From a virus, in the IMG/VR virus record IMGVR_UViG_3300037502_002960, positions 19,360 to 83,359 of that record: a stretch of DNA of 64,000 nucleotides; one strand, written 5' to 3'. This document shows, one piece after another, positions 30,117 to 40,984 of this stretch (position 1 is its first letter; the number at the start of each line of letters is the position of its first letter). The notes under the pieces are model-generated. The model was given only the letters and a program-made list of their open reading frames with translations, was not told where the DNA came from and did not search any database. A program made the position numbers and the translations under genes.

Positions 30117-31322
30117 TTAGTGGTTATGCGCTTCACATGTTAACCCTAATACCTTGTTTAATAGCTTAGTGTTCAATCTAATTCTTACAACGTTGTGATA
30201 TTCATCTATATCATATTCTTCATTATAAGCTGTTACTCTGCTTTCAAACTCTATCTTCTCTTCTACGTCCTCTTCATATTCAATATAAACATAATACGAA
30301 CCCGAACCATCGCACATTGGACAGGACACGTCCCGATAATCGTATTCCTCAGTTATGGGGTTCTCAAAATCTAACTCAATCTCTCCGTCCCCCTCGCACA
30401 ACGGGCAATCTATTTCCACGTCATCGCTAAATGTTACATAGCTTGTAACATAATCAGTATATGAAGTATAATAACCACCGTCGAAATCATTTGTTATAAC
30501 TTCACTCTCACTTAAGCGACCGCTTACCTCTTTCCCAAATACTCTTTTATTTAATTCCTGGATTAATTCTAACCCTCTCTCTAATGTTTGAGTGTTTTCA
30601 TTCTTTCCATAGAGCTTTGTGGGTACTAATATATTAAATCCTTCATAGTTAACCTCTTTCATAATAACCCTTGCCATAAAACTATCACTTATATTGTCAA
30701 TGCTTTTCACGTCTTCCAGGTTCTCATGTAAGAAAGCCACGTATAAAGAAGTATCATAGACCGAACCGATTAAGCGCTGATTGTATCTATCTCCTCCATG
30801 ATATGTTTTTTGACATGATGACCAGCTCCCGTCATTATAGTTAGTCATTCCAGCGACTACGTGAGGCATAGCAGATATAGTTATATATGCATCGCCTTCA
30901 ATCTTTTCAATTGAACTGTACCAATCTAAAACCGTCTGATTAATACCCATTTTATTTAACTTCTTGGATAACTTCGTCCCGTTTTCTAATCGATTATTTA
31001 TAAAGTTATCATAAGTTAAAGAGTTTAAAAACTCTTTAACTTCTTTCACTTTATCGAACTTTTTCTTTTTCTCGTCTTCACTATCGTATAATCTAGCATA
31101 ATCTAAGACCCCGATTATTAATTCTTTAAAGGTGTTAAACTCTTTTAATAACTGAGTTTTAACTTTATAAGTGCCTTCACCAATATGAACCCGTTCCCGA
31201 TATTCAAAATCGAACATATCACCAGCTTCTAACATAGAGACCATCTCATCATATGAATCATTGAAAGAGATACACTCTTTCATAATATCACCTAAAAACT
31301 CAACTTTTTTACTGTTTGTCAT
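30117..31322 (-). CDS. Hypothetical protein with C-terminal DnaJ-type Zn finger
   Basis: CPLCEGDG and CPMCDGSG. Confidence 0.65.
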   Translation of the reverse strand: MTNSKKVEFLGDIMKECISFNDSYDEMVSMLEAGDMFDFEYRERVHIGEGTYKVKTQLLKEFNTFKELIIGVLDYARLYDSEDEKKKKFDKVKEVKEFLNSLTYDNFINNRLENGTKLSKKLNKMGINQTVLDWYSSIEKIEGDAYITISAMPHVVAGMTNYNDGSWSSCQKTYHGGDRYNQRLIGSVYDTSLYVAFLHENLEDVKSIDNISDSFMARVIMKEVNYEGFNILVPTKLYGKNENTQTLERGLELIQELNKRVFGKEVSGRLSESEVITNDFDGGYYTSYTDYVTSYVTFSDDVEIDCPLCEGDGEIELDFENPITEEYDYRDVSCPMCDGSGSYYVYIEYEEDVEEKIEFESRVTAYNEEYDIDEYHNVVRIRLNTKLLNKVLGLTCEAHNH

Positions 31323-31401
31323 TTTAAAAACTCCCTTTCGTTTTTTCCATTTTTTTGGTAAATTTTTTTAACCGCTTTTTCTAATCCCCAAACTTAAAAT
31401 T

Positions 31402-31878
31402 TTATAGGTACCCTTTTTCCTTTAATGAAAGATAACTATTACTAGCAATGTCTCCTGGTACAATTAAAGAGTCTAATAATTGAATCCCTACCAACTCCCC
31501 AACTTGCTTGAGTCTTTCAGTTACCCTTATATCTTCTTGAGACGGTGCGCAATCCCCACTAGGATGATTATGAGCAACTATGAAACTAGTTGCATTTCCA
31601 ACAACCAAGGACTTAAACACTTCTCTTGGGTGGACTATTGAACTATTTACCGTTCCGATTGATACCGTTTCAATAAAATTCACTTTGTTCTTGGTATCAA
31701 GACCGAGAACGATAAATTGTTCCCTATCTGAACCCTCTAAATATTGATTAATTATTTTTGCGCATGATTCTGGACTCTTTACAATATTGTTCTCGTACCA
31801 TTCGATTGACTCTCTTACTAACTTCACTCTTACACTTTCGATTTTTTTCTTGCCTTTGTTAACGTTCATTTTAAGCAC
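31402..31878 (-). CDS. radC: RadC-like JAB-domain protein
   Basis: DREQFIVLGLD, VHPREVFK, AHNHPSGD..PS.ED, LLD. Confidence 0.9.
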   Translation of the reverse strand: MLKMNVNKGKKKIESVRVKLVRESIEWYENNIVKSPESCAKIINQYLEGSDREQFIVLGLDTKNKVNFIETVSIGTVNSSIVHPREVFKSLVVGNATSFIVAHNHPSGDCAPSQEDIRVTERLKQVGELVGIQLLDSLIVPGDIASNSYLSLKEKGYL

Positions 31879-31916
31879 GTCCTTTTTTAGTATTTTAGAT
31901 AATTAATATTATAATA

Positions 31917-32222
31917 TTAATTGTTAACCCACTCACTGATAGCTTGAGCAGGATTTTTTTCAAGCTCTTCTTGTCTCTCCTTCCACTCTTTAACCTCTTC
32001 ATTTTTTACCATTGTTAACGTATATTGACCGTTGTCAATGGTTATTCTATGTTTAATATCTTTATGAATATTTAAATCGGTTACACGCTTTAAATACTCT
32101 ACTGTTTCATAGTATTCAATAGCTACAATGTAACGACTATATCCAATCGTTAAACCTGCTAAAATTGAAGCTATAAACCCGTATACCAAAACATGTTGAC
32201 CGAACTTTTTTAACTTTCCCAT
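31917..32222 (-). CDS. Small membrane-anchored protein
   Basis: N-terminal hydrophobic helix. Confidence 0.55.
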   Translation of the reverse strand: MGKLKKFGQHVLVYGFIASILAGLTIGYSRYIVAIEYYETVEYLKRVTDLNIHKDIKHRITIDNGQYTLTMVKNEEVKEWKERQEELEKNPAQAISEWVNN

Positions 32223-33377
32223 TTTCTACCATTCCTTTCAACTTCCATTTTTTGGAAAGAGTCTGTTTCTTTTGTTTCCCTCTTTCGTTACACTCATCAT
32301 AGCATTGTATAAGGACTCTTGTCAAACGACCAACCGCAAACCCTACAGCCCCAAGGGATACAGCTACTGTAAAAAATTTACATTGTATGAAATCGGTTGC
32401 ACTATACATAGTTATTCACTGTTTATTCACTTTTTAGCACACCTGTCCCCACGAAAAACTGTATGCAAACGGTTGCGCACTAGGGGTATAAATTAAAAAA
32501 ACTTTTGTGTGAACGAAAATAAAATAAACCGCTTCAACCCTACAGCCCCAACGGCTCCAGGACTTGCGACCTTGTGAAATAAAAAATACTTTCATGAAAC
32601 ACTGTGCAACAATGATTTTTTTTATGTATATTGATGCATATTCATACTATAAGCGCTTTCAAGAAGGTATACCCCTCCAGGTACTGAAAACCCTACAGCG
32701 CCAAGGGATTGAAGCACTTTTACCATTTTATGTATAATGTATATCTGTGAATATTCATTGAATAACCATACGGGGTATTTTGATCCCTTTTCTTCTATAT
32801 AATAGTGAAAAATCGTAACGAAACCAAGCCGAAAAACGCTATATAATAGAAGAAACTCGGTAAGGACTTTTTACCCATAAAAACGCTGCCTTTATCGTGA
32901 CTATATTCCCACATGAAACGCTGCGTTTTCTAGTTCAATAGTCACGCGCGTTTTAAAGCCGTTTTAAACCCCTCTGAGACGTTTTAAGCCTTCAAGGTAC
33001 AAACACCTTAAGCAACCTTGTTTATACCCCTTTTCAAAAGTACCCCACGGGGTATATACCCTAACGGGGTATATGTATTTTACTTGTGAACTTGACAAAA
33101 TCGAAAAAGTGTGAACCCTTACTCTCCCAAGGGATACAGCCGTTTTTTAAAATAAAAAGTTTGTGAAAAATTTCGATACCCTAGGTGGTATATAAAAAAA
33201 TGTACCTATACCCCTAGGGGTATCATATGGTTAAAAAATGTAAAAAATGGTATATTTTTTTAAAATTGTAAAAAAATAACTATCCATATAAGTTTACATT
33301 ATTTTACTGTAAAAAAATAACTTATATATAAGTTTCCAATATTTACCAATTTTAAAAAAGTTATTTTTTACCAAATG

Positions 33378-33932
33378 AATTTTCAGACAATTCAGATAAT
33401 TAAGAATATTCAAATAATTTTAAATTTTCAGAAAATTCATAATAGTCAGAAAATTCAAAAAAATAAGATAATTCTAAATATTTTAAATTGTTAGAATATT
33501 CAGATAATTCAAACAATTATGACTATTCTTAATATTCTAAATTTTCTGAAAATTCAAAAAATTCTGAAAATTCAAAAAATTCTGAAAATTAAGAATAGTC
33601 AGACAATTCTAAATTTTCAAACAATTATGAAAATTCAAACAATTCATAATATTCATATAATTAAAAATTTTCAGATAATTCTAAATAATCTAAATTTTCA
33701 GATAATCCAAACAATTCATAATATTCTAAATAATCAGATAATTCAAAAAATTCATAATTTTCTGATAATTCTAGCAGACCAAAAATGATCCATTTTTAAT
33801 TATCAGAAAATTCATAATATTCAAACAATTCAGAAAATTCAATTAATTAAATATTCAGAAAATTCAGATAATATAGCAAGTTTTCAGATAATTCATAATA
33901 TTCAGACAATTCAGAATTTTCAAAAAATTCAG
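33378..33932. repeat. Degenerate 9-bp tandem repeat array (about AWTTCAGAW)
   Basis: Units such as aattcagat, aattcaaaa, aattctgaa, tattcaaac in near-continuous 9-nt phase over about 550 bp. Confidence 0.8.
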
Positions 33933-34205
33933 CCCTGCGAAGCTTATTTTTAAATAATAAAATAAATAATAAATAAAAAATTAAATATAGATTCTCACCC
34001 CCTTATTAACAGCGAGCCTAAAATATTACGGGTGATTTTTGAAAATCAAAAAAATTTTTTGAAATTTTTTAAAAATTTGCTTCTATTATTAACAGAAACC
34101 CTAAAAAATTACGGGCAATTTTTGAAAGTTAAAAAATTTTTAAATTTTTCTTTCCTATATAATATAGAAGAAAAAAATATTTTTAAATTTTATACATATA
34201 ATCTG

Positions 34206-34234
34206 TTGACAAAAGACAAAGATAATGATATAAT
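34206..34234 (+). promoter_or_regulatory. First sigma-A promoter of the early-gene region
   Basis: TTGACA-17-TATAAT with TG. Confidence 0.75.
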
Positions 34235-34267
34235 AGGTTTATAATAAAAAAACAAGGAGATGTTAAC

Positions 34268-34537
34268 ATGAAAAACATTGATGTAATTAAAGCTTTTGTA
34301 AATGGAGCAGGTAAAGGAAAAAATAAAAGACTTTCTATTAAAGGTAATAAACTGTTCGACTACAATACTATTATTTGTGAAAAAACTAATAAAGGGTACA
34401 ACTTAAATAAAACAAAATACAGTAAATCAACAAGTGCCGTTCAAAGTATGTTGTCAAAAGAAATTGACTCAAATAACATTAATGGAAAAGTTACCTTGTT
34501 TGATAATGTAGAAATCAATTCAAGCGATTTAAAATAA
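34268..34537 (+). CDS. Hypothetical early protein
   Basis: 89 aa, AAGGAG RBS. Confidence 0.6.
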   Translation: MKNIDVIKAFVNGAGKGKNKRLSIKGNKLFDYNTIICEKTNKGYNLNKTKYSKSTSAVQSMLSKEIDSNNINGKVTLFDNVEINSSDLK

Positions 34538-34574
34538 CTAAGGATGAAATATAGTAAAACAAAAATCAAATAGA

Positions 34575-34898
34575 TTGGTGGACGACAATATGGAATCAAA
34601 TAATTATATTATTGAAAGAAATATTAAATCAAGAGAAGACCTTTTAAATGGTATAAAATTATTACTTGAATCATATGTAAAAAGAACGAATGAATCTGGA
34701 GATGACAAATTAATCAATCACTTCTTAGAATTAATTCAACATAGATATGATAACTTCATTGTAAGACATGAATATGTGGACGGTAATGGGCAACATGAGC
34801 CTTTAAAGGTTACAAAAATATCATATCTTATTGACCATGTATTCACTATTAAAAAAGATATAGACACTGACAAGATTGTACTTGAATCATACATTTAA
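34575..34898 (+). CDS. Hypothetical early protein
   Basis: 107 aa. Confidence 0.55.
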   Translation: MVDDNMESNNYIIERNIKSREDLLNGIKLLLESYVKRTNESGDDKLINHFLELIQHRYDNFIVRHEYVDGNGQHEPLKVTKISYLIDHVFTIKKDIDTDKIVLESYI

Positions 34899-35593
34899 AA
34901 GTTGTAAAAGGTTTCAAGCTAATAAATAAATCAAAATTCTTTTATACCTTTTATATGCATATTATATTATAGTTTTTATGCACAAACAAATATATATAGT
35001 GCACTACAAACCTATATATGCACACATAATATGCATAATACTATATATGGTATGATAAAAACATATATACACTATATATAGATTAAATCCATGAATATAA
35101 ACCATTTTTACCCATATATAGACGAATTTTTACTACACATACTACATGTAGTGTCTACATATAGGTTATACATACTACATATGGACATTTTAGCCAATTT
35201 TTGCTTAATAAAATTAACCTTTTATAAAATATATAAATTTTAGGTAAAATATATCCTAAAATTTATATAAAAGTATATATACTAATTCGTCGCCAGAAAA
35301 CGGTTCGAGTTTCTACAGACTCTTATAAAACTGGTTATGTATACCCCTATATTACCTATATGTGTGCCCAAAACCGTTTCAATTTCTACGGGTCGCCCAA
35401 TTTTCTGATTGACCCCACCCCCTAAAAGGGTTTGAGTTTTTAAAACCGTTTCAAAATTATGAACCTATATGAAGCCAGAAAAGGGTTTGAAATTTTAAAA
35501 TCAATTTGGAAAATAAAAACGATATACCCCGTTGACAAAACTAAAGATAAATGGTATAATTAAATCAATAAATTAGAAAGGTTGTGAAAATAA

Positions 35594-35737
35594 ATGTGGA
35601 CATGGTTTTGGTTTGTATTATGTATGATTCAAATGCCTTTAACAATGCTATTATTACATAGTTTAATTCTTGTTAAAAAGAAATATAACTATGAACAAGA
35701 ATTTAAAAGAGCTATTGATAATCATATAAAAAAATAA
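35594..35737 (+). CDS. Small membrane peptide (47 aa, not in track)
   Basis: Promoter 35532-35560, GAAAGG RBS, hydrophobic N-terminus MWTWFWFVLC. Confidence 0.5.
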   Translation: MWTWFWFVLCMIQMPLTMLLLHSLILVKKKYNYEQEFKRAIDNHIKK

Positions 35738-35825
35738 AAACAAAAATTTTTATTAAAGAGACTGTTGACAAACGATTAAAATAATGATATAATTATATTA
35801 TAGAAAAGGAAAGGGAGTTATTAAA

Positions 35826-36149
35826 ATGAACGAATTAAAAGTGTATAAAAACTTAAGTCAAAATGTAAAGAATGAAATTGAAGAGAATTTAGAATTCATT
35901 TTTGAAAAATATGAATCAGTAGAATCATTAATTGAGCAAGGTGAAATTAGATTATTTAATAGAAGTCAATTAATTGAATTTCTATTCTTTGACGATAGCA
36001 ATAGTGATAAAGAGGCATTGCTAGAATTGTTAAACACAACAGATACACAAATTCAAGGATACAATGATGGATTAGATTATATCGTTCACAATAATTACGA
36101 CAACGTTTTTGAATTATCAAATGGCATGTATTTGTTTGTATGGCACTAA
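35826..36149 (+). CDS. Hypothetical early protein
   Basis: 107 aa; promoter 35765-35793. Confidence 0.6.
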   Translation: MNELKVYKNLSQNVKNEIEENLEFIFEKYESVESLIEQGEIRLFNRSQLIEFLFFDDSNSDKEALLELLNTTDTQIQGYNDGLDYIVHNNYDNVFELSNGMYLFVWH

Positions 36150-36253
36150 GATTGAATTCTACAAGTGCAGGCGATTCAATTATCGCTTGTACAAAGGACT
36201 ATTCAATTCAATTAAAGAAAATGATTTGATTATGAAGACAGTCTAAAAAGGAG

Positions 36254-36466
36254 ATGAACAGAATGGAAAAATTATACGCAGTTCATTTAGTAGATTTAAA
36301 AGATAATGGTCAAACGGGTTTTGATTTCTTTGAGTATGAAGAGGATGCAGATAAGCAATTAGAAAAAATCAATAGTGACATCAAAAAATATAATAAAGAA
36401 TCTGAGTTTAAAGCTGTCAAAAGACTGGTTGACTATGACTCAAAAAGAAACGCAGTAAATATTTAA
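36254..36466 (+). CDS. Hypothetical early protein
   Basis: 70 aa. Confidence 0.5.
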   Translation: MNRMEKLYAVHLVDLKDNGQTGFDFFEYEEDADKQLEKINSDIKKYNKESEFKAVKRLVDYDSKRNAVNI

Positions 36467-36480
36467 AGGAGGTTGAAAAA

Positions 36481-36651
36481 ATGAAAGAGATTAAAACAAT
36501 TTTAAAAGGAATTGAAAAAGATTTATTAGGTAGTAAGAGACAACTTGAGAAAACTGAATATGGTTCAAAAGAATATTATTTCATTAAAGGAAGAATCTCT
36601 CAAGCAGAAAATACGATTGCTAAAATTGAAATGGTTTTGGAAGGAGAATAA
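36481..36651 (+). CDS. Small hypothetical protein (56 aa, not in track)
   Basis: AAGGAGG RBS, open frame. Confidence 0.55.
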   Translation: MKEIKTILKGIEKDLLGSKRQLEKTEYGSKEYYFIKGRISQAENTIAKIEMVLEGE

Positions 36652-36654
36652 AAT

Positions 36655-37044
36655 ATGGGTGTATACAAGTTCGAAAATACAGACGTATCAAAAATGCAGG
36701 AACGAGCTACAGAATTACTAAGTCAAAACGAATTAATCTCTTTATCAGTAAGTTATCTGGTAAAACATTCCTACAAACACTTAGAGGGGAAAGATTTAAA
36801 AAATGGTAATTTGCAGTCAGAAAACACTTTAAGAGAATGGAAAACAAAAAATAAAAAGTATGACTACTATATAAAAAGAGTTATTTTGAATGATGTTATT
36901 GTTAATGCTAGAAAAGATTTTGAAAATATGAATCAAAGAGAATGTTTGGGGTACAGTGAATTTGACATTGAATGTATTGTTACTGAAATATCGGTTAATG
37001 CAAAGATTTTTATTGACATACTTAATAATAGCGATAAAGTCTGA
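36655..37044 (+). CDS. Hypothetical early protein
   Basis: 129 aa, AAGGAG RBS. Confidence 0.6.
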   Translation: MGVYKFENTDVSKMQERATELLSQNELISLSVSYLVKHSYKHLEGKDLKNGNLQSENTLREWKTKNKKYDYYIKRVILNDVIVNARKDFENMNQRECLGYSEFDIECIVTEISVNAKIFIDILNNSDKV

Positions 37045-37137
37045 TAATAAAAATCAGACTTTATCAAAAAGTCCATTGACAAAAGATTATATAAATGTTA
37101 TAATAAATATATAAAATTTTAGATTGGAGATATTAAT

Positions 37138-37404
37138 ATGGAAATTAAACAACATGAAAACTTTACTAAAAAAGGCGGAATGATTGCCGAGGGTATTGTA
37201 AAAGAAATTATAAGAAAAGGTATTCCAACACGTATCTCTACTACATGGAAAGATTATGGTCAAGGATTATCTTGGGACGCTATATTGGTTTATTCGCACT
37301 CACTAAAAAGTGATTATCAACTATTAACACCTAAAGAATTTGAAAAAATTAATGACGGCTCAATCACAGATGAAGAGATTGAAAATATTATTGATAAATG
37401 TTAA
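37138..37404 (+). CDS. Hypothetical early protein
   Basis: 88 aa; promoter 37076-37104. Confidence 0.6.
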   Translation: MEIKQHENFTKKGGMIAEGIVKEIIRKGIPTRISTTWKDYGQGLSWDAILVYSHSLKSDYQLLTPKEFEKINDGSITDEEIENIIDKC

Positions 37405-37757
37405 AAAATAAAAAGGAGAGATTGACTATGGTTAGCTATGAAAGAAAATTAGAAATTTTAGAAGAGAATGGTCGTATTAATTATGAAACGTATACTTACT
37501 TGAAATACTTTGACACTAACACTTGTGGAGTTAACGGTATGAAAGAATTGATTAAAACGTGTAATGAAAATGGTATTGAAGTATATGCAAGTGGATATAT
37601 TGCGGTAAAACAAGATTACAACGAATTGACAAAACTATACAATGTAGATGAACGCAATGTAATTTGCTTAGGCACTTACTATGGTGAATCATTATTGGAC
37701 GATGATGGCGATGAATCAATCATTGAAGACGATAGAATTTATCTGATTGTAAAATAA
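37398..37757 (+). CDS. Hypothetical early protein
   Basis: 119 aa; start probably the second Met. Confidence 0.55.
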   Translation: MLKNKKERLTMVSYERKLEILEENGRINYETYTYLKYFDTNTCGVNGMKELIKTCNENGIEVYASGYIAVKQDYNELTKLYNVDERNVICLGTYYGESLLDDDGDESIIEDDRIYLIVK

Positions 37758-37778
37758 AAACGCAAAGGAGAAGGTAAA

Positions 37779-37997
37779 ATGAGGGCTACAGGAAACTATT
37801 TTAACTTTAAACATATAAACAATGAAGACAGAGTTTATATTGCTACAGAATTGATTTCTGATGATAATGAAGTATGTTATCTTGTATCATGGGAGGCTAT
37901 ACGAGAGGGCGAATTTATTGATAGAGTTAATACAGTAAATTATTCAAAAGAGAGTGTCGAAGACTCTTTAAAATATGAAATGTGGATTAAGCTATGA
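37779..37997 (+). CDS. Hypothetical early protein
   Basis: 72 aa, AAGGAG RBS. Confidence 0.55.
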   Translation: MRATGNYFNFKHINNEDRVYIATELISDDNEVCYLVSWEAIREGEFIDRVNTVNYSKESVEDSLKYEMWIKL

Positions 37998-38281
37998 TGG
38001 ACAAAAATATAATGAACCCTATTTGCAAATTTAAATCAAAAATAAATAATGTGGCAGAAGATATTACCTATGGTTTTATTTAAGAAAAATGAAAGTAATT
38101 ATCTCATTATGTGGGTTGCAGGAGATGCAGTTTGCCAAGAAAGTATACCTAAGAAAGAATTTTCAAAAAACATAAAAAGTGGTATGTTTAAAATATTATA
38201 ATTATTTTTATAAAATCTATTGACAAAAGCCTATATGTCTGTTATAATATTGTTATAGCAAACATATAGGAGGTTTTATTA

Positions 38282-38461
38282 ATGGAAAAAACATTATTAA
38301 AAGCAGGACAAAAGGTTAAAGTTTTTACAAAGATTGATATTGTTTTTGAAGGTTCAGTTTTAAATAATTTGTATAGCTCAAGTGAAAAGCTATCAATAAC
38401 TAGTGACAATAGTGTTTATAGATTTTCAAAAAATCAAGTATCAAAAATTGAATTACTATAA
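38282..38461 (+). CDS. Small Sm/SH3-like protein (59 aa, not in track)
   Basis: Promoter 38220-38248, AGGAGG RBS, GQKVKVF..FEG.V. Confidence 0.5.
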   Translation: MEKTLLKAGQKVKVFTKIDIVFEGSVLNNLYSSSEKLSITSDNSVYRFSKNQVSKIELL

Positions 38462-38584
38462 AGTTATAAAAATAATATTTTTTATTCTACAATCGCTTGA
38501 CAAAAGACTTATTACATGATATAATAAGATTATAGAGTTAAGATAAACAATTTGTTCAAGAAAATATGAAAAGGGGTTGTTAAA

Positions 38585-39244
38585 ATGGAAGGAAAAATTT
38601 ACAAGCAGATTGAAAATGGTAACAAAAAAGAGGTTATTAAAGCAATGATTGAACCTAGTTATGATTTTGTAGGAAAGAAATATGAGTATAATTTTGATTT
38701 TGAGAATGGCATTTCAGTCATTCATCCAGATGAAGATTTTGCAATGCCAGTTATTAACATTGAAAGCTTCATGGATGAATTACTTGAGTTTGATGAATTT
38801 ACAGATGAGGTAAACAAATGGTTGTTTGAAATAAGAAATGAGTATCTAGAAGCAAAAACAATTGACATTGTTAAAAGAAAATTCGATGAAGTAAATACAA
38901 ATGGGTATTTAACAACAAGTGGCTATACGTACAATTTCGACAATGACTTGTCAAGAGATTTCTTATACGATATTTTTGAATATGATGGTGAATCATACGT
39001 GCTTATTAGTGTGCATTATGGTGCTGATGCAAGGGGTGGATTTGGCGACACAGTGTGTTTTAAAATTAGAGATATTGATTATTTCTATGATGTACAGATA
39101 ACATATTATGACACAGAAACAGATATGGACATGACCTATTCAGACTTTGAAGAGGTTGCGGTATACGATAAGGAAACTGATACATGGACTAATAAAGAAA
39201 ATGGTAATGAGATTAATTTATACAATGTAGCTTGTGGATTTTAA
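38585..39244 (+). CDS. Hypothetical acidic early protein
   Basis: 219 aa; promoter 38497-38525. Confidence 0.6.
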   Translation: MEGKIYKQIENGNKKEVIKAMIEPSYDFVGKKYEYNFDFENGISVIHPDEDFAMPVINIESFMDELLEFDEFTDEVNKWLFEIRNEYLEAKTIDIVKRKFDEVNTNGYLTTSGYTYNFDNDLSRDFLYDIFEYDGESYVLISVHYGADARGGFGDTVCFKIRDIDYFYDVQITYYDTETDMDMTYSDFEEVAVYDKETDTWTNKENGNEINLYNVACGF

Positions 39245-39321
39245 AAAAATAATTAATTATAGCATGGTATAGTCTATTGACAAGAGATTTTAACTATGCT
39301 ATAATTAAAGGGGTGAAAATA

Positions 39322-39630
39322 TTGATTGATTTCAAAACCAATGAATACTTAGAGGATTTCTCTCTAGCAAAAGATTTAAATGAATCTATATATATGGATT
39401 ATTATGGAAATATGATTTTTGGTGATTTTGATATGGGAATTAGAGGTTTAGACCATAACTGTTTGATTGATGATGACAAAGAGAATTCGTTAATATTCTT
39501 GCATAATAATGGTGTTGTTAGGGTTGTACCAGAAGCATATGTTGTGCTAGTTTCTACGAGTCAATCATTATCAAAAATTCAAAAAGAAATAATTGAAGAC
39601 AATGGATATAAAATTGAAGAATATATTTGA
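39322..39630 (+). CDS. Hypothetical early protein
   Basis: The track start at 39277 is the -35 box; TTG at 39322 follows a GGGGTG RBS. Confidence 0.5.
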   Translation: MIDFKTNEYLEDFSLAKDLNESIYMDYYGNMIFGDFDMGIRGLDHNCLIDDDKENSLIFLHNNGVVRVVPEAYVVLVSTSQSLSKIQKEIIEDNGYKIEEYI

Positions 39631-39794
39631 CAAAACAGAAGGAGAATATAACATGAAAAACGTAAAATTAAATATGAACAGAACTTGGGGAAGAATCGAA
39701 AAAGATTTTGCAAAAACATGGGAGTTAAAAAGTTATAATCAAGGTGTAAAATCTTTAAATTTTGGCGGAAAAATTGAGGTAGGTGTAAAAAAAC

Positions 39795-40256
39795 GTGTCA
39801 AATAAAACAAAGTTTAATAAATTCAAGAATGATATGAGAGTGAATATGATTGCTGATAAAATTTTTAAGTATGAGATTATTAAATATCTTAATTTTGAAA
39901 TTGAAGAGAATATTAATTTTGACTTAGAGACATATGGATTAAAAAACTTAAAATTTTCTATTGAATTTAACGAAAAAAATATGAATTATAAAGGAAAACT
40001 AATTGATAACGGTTATCAAGGAGGTTCAAGAAAGTATTGCTCACTTCTTAAAGATTACTATTATGATAACAACTTTATATCAATTGACCACGACCTATAC
40101 CTGGAGTTGTTACAAGGGGAAGGTGTTGTTAATCAGAAATCATATGATAGGGTCATCAGAAAGGCTCTAGCAGTGATTGAAGAGGGTTTATCGGTTATTG
40201 CATTCGACAGTAATAATATAGTTGAATACTATGAAGATTCGTTACGTCAATTTTAA
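39795..40256 (+). CDS. Hypothetical early protein
   Basis: 153 aa, followed by a hairpin. Confidence 0.55.
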   Translation: MSNKTKFNKFKNDMRVNMIADKIFKYEIIKYLNFEIEENINFDLETYGLKNLKFSIEFNEKNMNYKGKLIDNGYQGGSRKYCSLLKDYYYDNNFISIDHDLYLELLQGEGVVNQKSYDRVIRKALAVIEEGLSVIAFDSNNIVEYYEDSLRQF

Positions 40257-40365
40257 AAAATACACCAACTATAAATTTAGTTGGTGTAAAAATATTTTAT
40301 AAATCGCTTGACAAAAGACTTATTATGTGTTATAATTAATATATAAAGTAAAGGAGGAGTTATTA

Positions 40366-40848
40366 ATGGAAAAGACATTAATCAAATTGGTAAATAATAA
40401 GGTTACAGACAACTTTATTAACGTTAGTTCGGATGGCACAAGTTTTTGTTATATGGAAAGAAAGAAATTCAGAAGTGTTGAAGACATTAAAAAAGATGTA
40501 AAAAGAATTAGAAAAGATTTGAAAGATAAAGGAATTAAATTAGGAAAAACAGACACCTTATCAATTTTAAATGATAAAGACTATAAGTTGCTTTATGAAA
40601 AATCTATAGAAAAGTATAACAAATTATTTGATGAACTTATTACTCTTTGGGAGCAAAAATTAGAAGAAGGTATATATTATGGTTGTTCAGATGATGAATT
40701 TTTGAATAGTAAAATACTCCCTTTACAGAATGAAATAAATTCAATGTTTAATAGAAATAAAGTTTTTTATAAATACCTAAATATAGAAAATAAAATTGTT
40801 GATTTAAAATACACAAATAAAGACTATTTATTAAAATTCTACATTTAA
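40366..40848 (+). CDS. Hypothetical early protein
   Basis: 160 aa; promoter 40308-40336, AGGAGG RBS. Confidence 0.6.
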   Translation: MEKTLIKLVNNKVTDNFINVSSDGTSFCYMERKKFRSVEDIKKDVKRIRKDLKDKGIKLGKTDTLSILNDKDYKLLYEKSIEKYNKLFDELITLWEQKLEEGIYYGCSDDEFLNSKILPLQNEINSMFNRNKVFYKYLNIENKIVDLKYTNKDYLLKFYI

Positions 40849-40984
40849 ATGATATATTGGTTGATATGACTATAAGCGACTATTGAATAATTTCAATAGT
40901 CGCTTGACAAAAGACTTAAATTATGTTATAATATAAATATAGAGAGGTGATACTATTATAAAAACACAAAAAGGAGATGGGAAA

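Noticed and set aside
32137-32496. Overlapping 90-aa and 74-aa ORFs
   Set aside because: Lie in a repeat-containing intergenic region with atypical composition
33519-33788. 89-aa ORF of I/Q/K/N repeats
   Set aside because: By-product of the 9-bp repeat array; no RBS
33378-33932. CRISPR array
   Set aside because: No unique spacers; continuous 9-nt periodicity
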